From sequence record OW969666.1: DNA of 64,000 nt. The stretch is one strand, 5' to 3'. Below the pieces are notes generated by a model. That model had not been told where the DNA came from and made no database searches. It worked only from the letters and a program-made list of their open reading frames with translations. A program made the translations under genes and the position numbers. This stretch comes from a plasmid. Shown piece after piece: positions 56,545 to 64,000 of this stretch (positions are counted from its first letter, which is position 1; the number at the start of each line of letters is the position of its first letter).

Positions 56545-59144
56545 TGAGAGCTGCCACCGCTACGAAGCCAAAAAAAATTGATGCCTACCGTAAGGAGCCA
56601 TCAGTAAATAAAAAGTATTTGCCCTATTCTTATCACCTCAATGATTACGTGATTTCGATGGAAAACGGCGATCTGATGGCTTTTTTCAAGCTGGATGGCC
56701 GCACACATGACTGCGCATCAGATCGGGAACTGGTCACCTGGCATAAAGACCTTAATACGCTGGTCAAGAGCTTCGGAACAGACCATGTAGAGCTGTGGAC
56801 GCATGAATATCACCATGAGGCTAAAGAGTACCCGGATGGTGAGTATGACCATTTTTTCCCTGCTTATGTTGATCAATATAACCGTAAGCTGCACGGTGAT
56901 TCCAAGCAGCTGATTAATGACCTTTATCTGACCGTTATTTACAAACAGGTAGGGGATAAAACACAGAAGTTTCTGGCGAAATTTGAAAAGCCGACTCGTG
57001 ACGAAATTCAGCAAATGCAGAATGAGGCGCTTGAAGGTCTGGAAGATATTTCTGAACAAATCCTGGAAGCAATGAAGCCGTATGGCATTCAGCAGTTGGG
57101 TATCTATTATCGTGACAAACGCGGTGTTGAAATTCCTGCGCCTGATAAAAAAGAACGTGAAGAACTTGCTGAAGTCGATGAATCAGACATTTTTGACGAA
57201 GCCATTGTTATCGAACGCAACGAGCCTGAACCTTCGCAGGCTCACGCTTATTCAAAAGCGCTGGAGTTCCTTTATTTCCTCGCAAATATGGAATGGGCCA
57301 TCGTGCCTGTTTGCCGTGATCGTATCCGTGAGTACATCATGGACAACCGCCCTGTTAGCTCCCTGTGGGGGGATGTTGTCCAGATCAGAACGGTAGATCA
57401 CAACTTCTATACCACCGGCATTGAATTTCGTGAATACGAAGAAGATACAGAGCCAGGCCAGCTTAACATGCTTAAAGAAGCCGATTTTGAATACCTTCTG
57501 ACGCAGAGTTTTTCTTGCCTCTCTGAATCTTCAGCTAAAACGTTTCTGACGCATCAGGAAAAATCTTTGCAGGAAACGCGCGACCGTGCGCAAAGCCAGC
57601 TGGCACAGCTTGGTACTGCGCTCGATATGCTGACGTCCAGAGAGTTCGTGATGGGCTACCATCATGGAACCGTGCATGTCTGGGATAATGACCAAAACGC
57701 GGTACAGCGCAAAGCGCGTCGTGTGAAGGTTATGCTAACCGGCTGTGGCGTGGTTGGCGGGACTATCAGCCTGGCCTCTGAGGCTGCATATTATGCGAGA
57801 CTGCCTGGCAACCAGAAATGGGCGCCGCGCCCGGTTCCGATAAACTCATGGAACTTCCTGCACTTCAGCCCGTTCCACAATTTTATGCGTGGCAAGCCTG
57901 ACAATAACCCGTGGGGGCCAGCGCTGACCATGTTCCGCACGATCAGCGGTACGCCACTCTATTTTAATTTCCATGTGACCCCGCTTGAAGAACTTTCCTA
58001 CGGTAAACGCCCGCTGGGCCATGCGTTAATAACGGGTATGTCGGGGGAAGGTAAAACCACGCTGCTTAACTTCCTGCTGGCGCAGTCAATGAAGTACAAC
58101 CCGCGGCTTTTTGTTTATGACCGTGACCGCGGTATGGAGCCGTTCATTCGAAGCGTTGGTGGCTACTATAAAGTTCTGCAACAGGGTATGCCGTCCGGGT
58201 TTGCCCCGCTTCAGATTGAACCGACCAAACGCAATATTGCCCTCATTAAAAACCTGTTCCGCATTTGTGTGGAAACCACCAATAACGGGCCTATCAGCGC
58301 AACGATGGCTACCGAACTGGCTGAAGGCGTTGATGCGGTTATGGGGGAAGGCTCACTTATTCCACGCGAGGCGCGCACCGTTACTATCCTGGACGGGTAC
58401 GTGAATGAAGTTGTGGAAAATGGCGTATCACTGAAAGGGCTGCTGCGCGAATGGACGCGCGAAGGCCAGTATGGCTGGCTGTTTGACAATGATAAAGACA
58501 GCCTGGATCTCAGCGCGAATGATATTTTTGGCTTCGATTTATCCGAGTTTATCGCAGCCAAAGAGGAAGTATCCAGCCCGGCCCGTACTCCGCTCATGAT
58601 GTACCTTCTGTACCGGGTACGTGACTCCATCGACGGCAAACGCCGCGTCATTCAGTGCTTTGACGAGTTCCACGCCTACCTTGACGATCCGGTTATCGAG
58701 CGTGAAGTTAAGCGTGGTATCAAAACTGACCGTAAGAAAGACGCTATCTATGTGTTTGCCACGCAGGAGCCGAACGATGCGCTGTCCAGCCGTATTGGCC
58801 GCACGATCATGTCGCAGACCGTCACAAAAATCTGCCTGCGCGATCCGGAAGCTATCCGAGAGGATTATGCCTTCCTTACTGATGCTGAATACGACGCGCT
58901 GATGTCGATTACCGAACACTCCAGACAGTTCCTGGTTAAACAAGGGCAACAGTCTGCGATTGCTTCTTTCAATCTCTACCCTCGCAACAGCGACGATATT
59001 GATGCAGATATTAAGACAATGGACAACGTTCTTAGCGTGTTGTCCGGTGAACCACAAAACGCCGAAATTGCGCATGAGCTGGTTGAACGGCTCGGTAATG
59101 ACCCTGAAGTATGGCTCAAAGAATACTGGCGCCTGACGGCTTAA
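56544..59144 (+). CDS. traB: T4SS ATPase TraB (VirB4 homolog). Downstream tra genes are removed by IS26.
   Basis: 866 aa with Walker A GMSGEGKTT and a CagE/TrbE/VirB4 domain. Confidence 0.9.
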   Translation: MRAATATKPKKIDAYRKEPSVNKKYLPYSYHLNDYVISMENGDLMAFFKLDGRTHDCASDRELVTWHKDLNTLVKSFGTDHVELWTHEYHHEAKEYPDGEYDHFFPAYVDQYNRKLHGDSKQLINDLYLTVIYKQVGDKTQKFLAKFEKPTRDEIQQMQNEALEGLEDISEQILEAMKPYGIQQLGIYYRDKRGVEIPAPDKKEREELAEVDESDIFDEAIVIERNEPEPSQAHAYSKALEFLYFLANMEWAIVPVCRDRIREYIMDNRPVSSLWGDVVQIRTVDHNFYTTGIEFREYEEDTEPGQLNMLKEADFEYLLTQSFSCLSESSAKTFLTHQEKSLQETRDRAQSQLAQLGTALDMLTSREFVMGYHHGTVHVWDNDQNAVQRKARRVKVMLTGCGVVGGTISLASEAAYYARLPGNQKWAPRPVPINSWNFLHFSPFHNFMRGKPDNNPWGPALTMFRTISGTPLYFNFHVTPLEELSYGKRPLGHALITGMSGEGKTTLLNFLLAQSMKYNPRLFVYDRDRGMEPFIRSVGGYYKVLQQGMPSGFAPLQIEPTKRNIALIKNLFRICVETTNNGPISATMATELAEGVDAVMGEGSLIPREARTVTILDGYVNEVVENGVSLKGLLREWTREGQYGWLFDNDKDSLDLSANDIFGFDLSEFIAAKEEVSSPARTPLMMYLLYRVRDSIDGKRRVIQCFDEFHAYLDDPVIEREVKRGIKTDRKKDAIYVFATQEPNDALSSRIGRTIMSQTVTKICLRDPEAIREDYAFLTDAEYDALMSITEHSRQFLVKQGQQSAIASFNLYPRNSDDIDADIKTMDNVLSVLSGEPQNAEIAHELVERLGNDPEVWLKEYWRLTA

Positions 59145-59157
59145 CAACGAGGCAAAA

Positions 59158-59977
59158 GGCACTGTTGCAAATAGTCGGTGGTGATAAACTTATCATCCCC
59201 TTTTGCTGATGGAGCTGCACATGAACCCATTCAAAGGCCGGCATTTTCAGCGTGACATCATTCTGTGGGCCGTACGCTGGTACTGCAAATACGGCATCAG
59301 TTACCGTGAGCTGCAGGAGATGCTGGCTGAACGCGGAGTGAATGTCGATCACTCCACGATTTACCGCTGGGTTCAGCGTTATGCGCCTGAAATGGAAAAA
59401 CGGCTGCGCTGGTACTGGCGTAACCCTTCCGATCTTTGCCCGTGGCACATGGATGAAACCTACGTGAAGGTCAATGGCCGCTGGGCGTATCTGTACCGGG
59501 CCGTCGACAGCCGGGGCCGCACTGTCGATTTTTATCTCTCCTCCCGTCGTAACAGCAAAGCTGCATACCGGTTTCTGGGTAAAATCCTCAACAACGTGAA
59601 GAAGTGGCAGATCCCGCGATTCATCAACACGGATAAAGCGCCCGCCTATGGTCGCGCGCTTGCTCTGCTCAAACGCGAAGGCCGGTGCCCGTCTGACGTT
59701 GAACACCGACAGATTAAGTACCGGAACAACGTGATTGAATGCGATCATGGCAAACTGAAACGGATAATCGGCGCCACGCTGGGATTTAAATCCATGAAGA
59801 CGGCTTACGCCACCATCAAAGGTATTGAGGTGATGCGTGCACTACGCAAAGGCCAGGCCTCAGCATTTTATTATGGTGATCCCCTGGGCGAAATGCGCCT
59901 GGTAAGCAGAGTTTTTGAAATGTAAGGCCTTTGAATAAGACAAAAGGCTGCCTCATCGCTAACTTTGCAACAGTGCC
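59158..59977 (+). mobile_element. IS26 (copy 3)
   Basis: Identical 820-bp element in opposite orientation to copies 1 and 2. Confidence 0.9.
59221..59925 (+). CDS. tnp26: IS26 transposase
   Basis: Identical Tnp26. Confidence 0.9.
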   Translation: MNPFKGRHFQRDIILWAVRWYCKYGISYRELQEMLAERGVNVDHSTIYRWVQRYAPEMEKRLRWYWRNPSDLCPWHMDETYVKVNGRWAYLYRAVDSRGRTVDFYLSSRRNSKAAYRFLGKILNNVKKWQIPRFINTDKAPAYGRALALLKREGRCPSDVEHRQIKYRNNVIECDHGKLKRIIGATLGFKSMKTAYATIKGIEVMRALRKGQASAFYYGDPLGEMRLVSRVFEM

Positions 59978-60343
59978 GTTCCAAGACTACCTCTTATTTT
60001 AAGAGAGTCGAAGTGTCTGGTGATCTATGGGGCCAGTCTAGCCCTCTTCCAAGTGTAGGGAGATATAGTCAAAGTTTGCTTCTCCGCCGATGAGTCCGCC
60101 CTGCGTCGGATAGTCCGATTTTTTACCGGCGAAGCACGGCTCTCCTAACCCTATCTAAAGCGAATAACTTTTTTCAACAGGGCCGCGTGCCAATGCAAGA
60201 GCGATAGGCGCTCTACGCGCCAATTTGACCACTTAAAACAGGTAAATTGAGGGGTTGTAATGTGTTGATGTAACAGGCTTTTATTTTAATGTCTTGGCAT
60301 ATGTATAATGGTAGTCTAGCCCTCCTTTCAACAAGGAGTACTC

Positions 60344-61000
60344 ATGGAAACCTACAATCATACATATCGGCACCACAACTTTTCACATAAAGACTTAAGT
60401 GATCTCACCTTCACCGCTTGCACATTCATTCGCAGCGACTTTCGACGTGCTAACTTGCGTGATACGACATTCGTCAACTGCAAGTTCATTGAACAGGGTG
60501 ATATCGAAGGCTGCCACTTTGATGTCGCAGATCTTCGTGATGCAAGTTTCCAACAATGCCAACTTGCGATGGCAAACTTCAGTAATGCCAATTGCTACGG
60601 TATAGAGTTCCGTGCGTGTGATTTAAAAGGTGCCAACTTTTCCCGAACAAACTTTGCCCATCAAGTGAGTAATCGTATGTACTTTTGCTCAGCATTTATT
60701 TCTGGATGTAATCTTTCCTATGCCAATATGGAGAGGGTTTGTTTAGAAAAATGTGAGTTGTTTGAAAATCGCTGGATAGGAACGAACCTAGCGGGTGCAT
60801 CACTGAAAGAGTCAGACTTAAGTCGAGGTGTTTTTTCCGAAGATGTCTGGGGGCAATTTAGCCTACAGGGTGCCAATTTATGCCACGCCGAACTCGACGG
60901 TTTAGATCCCCGCAAAGTCGATACATCAGGTATCAAAATTGCAGCCTGGCAGCAAGAACTGATTCTCGAAGCACTGGGTATTGTTGTTTATCCTGACTAA
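60344..61000 (+). CDS. qnrS1: Quinolone resistance pentapeptide-repeat protein QnrS1
   Basis: 218 aa, METYNHTYRHHNFSHKDLSDLTFTACTFIRSDFRRANL... Confidence 0.95.
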   Translation: METYNHTYRHHNFSHKDLSDLTFTACTFIRSDFRRANLRDTTFVNCKFIEQGDIEGCHFDVADLRDASFQQCQLAMANFSNANCYGIEFRACDLKGANFSRTNFAHQVSNRMYFCSAFISGCNLSYANMERVCLEKCELFENRWIGTNLAGASLKESDLSRGVFSEDVWGQFSLQGANLCHAELDGLDPRKVDTSGIKIAAWQQELILEALGIVVYPD

Positions 61001-61273
61001 TTGCTTTGATGTGTGATTTTAAACGCTCAAATTTATAAAACGAATAATATTGTCAACCTTGCAATAATAGACATAGGGACAACCATGTATAAATTTTTAC
61101 CCTCAGGCGTCTTCACAATAGAGCCATATAGCAGTGGGTCACTTAGTGGGCTTAATTTTTCCATTAAAGATAATATTAATATTGCTCAGTATAAAACATC
61201 ATATGGTAGCCCATCTTGGCAAGTAAACATAAGGCTGCCATTTATAAGGCACTGTTGCAAAAATGTGGAGGTG

Positions 61274-61311
61274 ATAGGGGTACTACGCCGGAACCCCAGA
61301 TTTTTCCGTCC
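61274..61311. repeat. Putative Tn3-family 38-bp terminal inverted repeat (ISKpn19/ISEcl2-like)
   Basis: GGGGTACTACGCCGGAACCCCAGATTTTTCCGTCCGTTC, immediately outside the tnpR fragment. Confidence 0.4.
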
Positions 61312-61318
61312 GTTCAAA

Positions 61319-61732
61319 TTATCCACGGTTGAACAGCTTGATCCCGTCCGCCCGCAGTTGACCAACAGGGGAAATATGCCTGTACAAAGTTTGCCGGGTT
61401 ATCCCAAGTTCCTGGCATAGCGTACTGACCTTTGTTTCTGATTGTCCCATTGATGCCATTGCCAGTCGCAGTTTGACTGGCGTCATTTTATAAGGTCGGC
61501 CGCCGTTCCGCCCACGGGCTCTTGCTGATGCCAGACCTGCAGTCGTTCTTTCAGCAATCAGTTCGCGCTCAAACTCCGCCAGTGCGGCAAAGATACCGAA
61601 GACAAGCTTGCCAGCGGCCGTTGTTGTGTCGATAGTCGCCCCGTGACCGGTCAGCACTTTCAGACCGGTCCCCCTCGCGGTCAGGTCGTGCACTGTATTA
61701 ATGGGGAGCCCGCAGAATTCGGAAAAAATCGT
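61319..61732 (-). pseudogene. tnpR: Tn3-family serine resolvase, C-terminal part only
   Basis: Contains the conserved E-helix region (GIFAALAEFERELIAERT) and the HTH. The catalytic N-terminus is missing. Confidence 0.65.
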
Positions 61733-61735
61733 ACG

Positions 61736-63252
61736 CTAAGGTTTTCCGGGCATCCGTAAGGGCCGAAACTTCCCGTCTTCCAGTCTGCGGCTCTGCCGCC
61801 AGACGTAATCGCCGGTTAGGTTGATGTGCTCCCAGCCCAGCGGCGACAGGAATTGCAGCAGCTCGCCGTCCACCGGCTTGCCGGCCTCGACCAACCCCTG
61901 GGTGGCGCGTTCCAGGTACACCGTGTTCCACAGCACGATAGCCGCCGTCACCAGGTTGAGGCCGCTGGCCCGGTAGCGCTGCTGCTCGAAGCTCCGATCC
62001 CTGATTTCCCCAAGGCGGTTGAAGAACACCGCCCTGGCCAGCGAGTTGCGCGCCTCACCTTTGTTCAGGCCGGCATGCACGCGGCGGCGCAGTTCAACAC
62101 TTTGCAGCCAGTCCAGGATGAACAGCGTGCGCTCGATCCGGCCCAGCTCGCGCAGGGCCACGGCCAGTCCGTTCTGGCGCGGGTAGCTGCCGAGCTTGCG
62201 CAGCATCAGCGAGGCGGTGACGGTGCCCTGCTTGATCGAGCTGGCCAGGCGCAGGATGTCGTCCCAGTGGGCACGCACGTGCTTGATGTTCAGGGTGCCG
62301 CCGATCAGCGGGCGCAACGTCGGGTAGGCTTGCACGCCCTGCGGCACGTACAGCTTGGTTTCGCCGAGGTCGCGGATGCGCGGCGCGAAGCGGAAGCCTA
62401 GCAGGTGCATCAGGGCAAAGACGTGATCGGTGAAGCCGGCCGTGTCGGTGTAGTGCTCCTCGATCCGCAGGTCGGACTCGTGGTACAGCAGGCCGTCGAG
62501 CACATAGGTGGAATCGCGGACGCCGACATTCACCACGCGGGTGCTGAACGGCGCGTACTGGTCGGAGATATGGGTATAGAACAGCCGTCCCGGCTCGCTA
62601 CCGTACTTCGGGTTGACGTGCCCGGTGCTCTCGCCCCGGCCACCCGCGCGGAAGCGCTGGCCATCGGAGGATGAGGTCGTGCCGTCGCCCCAGTGGGCGG
62701 CAAAGGCGTGGCGATACTGGTGGTTGACCAGCTCGGCCAAGGCCGCCGAATAGGTTTCGTCGCGGATGTGCCAGGCTTGCAGCCAGGACAGCTTGGCGTA
62801 GGTCAGGCCGGGGCTCGACTCGGCCATCTTGGTCAGCCCGAGGTTGATCGCATCACCGAGGATTGCGGACAGCAGCAACGTCCTGTCTTTGGCCTCGGCC
62901 CCGTCCTTCAAGTGGGTGAAGTGGCGGCTGAAGCCCGTCCAGTCGTCCACGTCCATCAGCAGTTCGGTGATCTTGATGCGCGGCAGTAACTGGCTGGTTT
63001 GGTCGATCAGCGCCTGCGCCCGATCCGGCACCGCCGCATCCAGCGGGGTGATTTTCAGCCCTGACTCGGTGAGGATGGCATCGGGCAGCTCGTTGTCCTT
63101 GGCCAGGCGGGTGACGGTGGCCAACTGCTCGTCCAGCAGCTGCAAACGCTCTTCCAGGTACTGGTCGCTGTTCGGGTTGATCGCCAGGGGCAGGGCCTGC
63201 TCGCGCTTGAGTGCGGCGAACTTCTCGGCCGGCAGCAGGTAGTCGTCGAAGT
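61736..63252 (-). pseudogene. tnpA: Tn3-family transposase TnpA, C-terminal ~505 aa (5' part removed by IS26 copy 4)
   Basis: DDE-transposase Tn3-family C-terminal region. The ORF's N-terminus is read-through from the IS26 IR. Confidence 0.8.
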
Positions 63253-64000
63253 GGCACTGTTGCAAATAGTCGGTGGTGATAAACTTATCATCCCCTTTTG
63301 CTGATGGAGCTGCACATGAACCCATTCAAAGGCCGGCATTTTCAGCGTGACATCATTCTGTGGGCCGTACGCTGGTACTGCAAATACGGCATCAGTTACC
63401 GTGAGCTGCAGGAGATGCTGGCTGAACGCGGAGTGAATGTCGATCACTCCACGATTTACCGCTGGGTTCAGCGTTATGCGCCTGAAATGGAAAAACGGCT
63501 GCGCTGGTACTGGCGTAACCCTTCCGATCTTTGCCCGTGGCACATGGATGAAACCTACGTGAAGGTCAATGGCCGCTGGGCGTATCTGTACCGGGCCGTC
63601 GACAGCCGGGGCCGCACTGTCGATTTTTATCTCTCCTCCCGTCGTAACAGCAAAGCTGCATACCGGTTTCTGGGTAAAATCCTCAACAACGTGAAGAAGT
63701 GGCAGATCCCGCGATTCATCAACACGGATAAAGCGCCCGCCTATGGTCGCGCGCTTGCTCTGCTCAAACGCGAAGGCCGGTGCCCGTCTGACGTTGAACA
63801 CCGACAGATTAAGTACCGGAACAACGTGATTGAATGCGATCATGGCAAACTGAAACGGATAATCGGCGCCACGCTGGGATTTAAATCCATGAAGACGGCT
63901 TACGCCACCATCAAAGGTATTGAGGTGATGCGTGCACTACGCAAAGGCCAGGCCTCAGCATTTTATTATGGTGATCCCCTGGGCGAAATGCGCCTGGTAA
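63253..64000 (+). mobile_element. IS26 (copy 4), partial at the window edge
   Basis: IR GGCACTGTTGCAAATAGTCGG and Tnp26 from 63316 running off the window. Confidence 0.85.

Noticed and set aside
61826-63257. Several 90–190-aa GC-rich ORFs on the plus strand
   Set aside because: Shadow ORFs within the high-GC Tn3-family tnpA fragment.

Overview
This 64 kb window is a mosaic segment of a large enterobacterial multireplicon F-type conjugative plasmid (IncFII-family RepA plus a RepFIB-like iteron replicon). It resembles pKPN3-like Klebsiella plasmids, but that resemblance is from memory only. Left to right it holds the following. (1) 1–1014: an IncFII-family RepA with a downstream origin-like region. 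(2) 1956–3499: an unusual three-gene cluster, a 271-aa DUF4225-like protein and two convergent paralogous 2-TM mini-proteins, sitting next to an orphan traX. (3) 4648–5857: a hypothetical gene and a ParDE toxin-antitoxin pair. (4) ~6.0–27.9 kb: a complete pcoE/pcoS/pcoR/pcoDCBA – pcoE-like – M23 peptidase – silP – DUF411 – silABFC – silRS – silE copper/silver resistance island, with four recognisable CusR/SilR-type palindromic boxes. (5) 28.0–32.1 kb: a candidate anti-phage locus made of a stand-alone HNH nuclease, a minimal UvrD-like helicase and an OLD-family ABC-ATPase/TOPRIM nuclease (Gabija-like class-2 OLD architecture), in which the OLD gene carries an apparent frameshift. (6) 32.1–40.2 kb: VapBC, a heptamer-repeat region, ResD resolvase plus a resD-like pseudogene remnant, a RepFIB replicon with iterons on both flanks, SopAB and a sopC-like 87-bp-repeat centromere. 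(7) 40.3–64.0 kb: an IS26-punctuated multiresistance region. It contains a truncated umuC, an IS26-flanked tetR(D)-tet(D)-frmA-frmB' module, an In191-like class 1 integron (intI1–dfrA14-like–mobC–IRt–IS6100–inverted IRt) with no qacEΔ1/sul1, an IncN-derived fragment (EcoRII R-M, mrr, kikA, korB, traL, korA, traM, traA, traB), and qnrS1 next to Tn3-family tnpR/tnpA fragments. No rRNA, tRNA or CRISPR array was seen.
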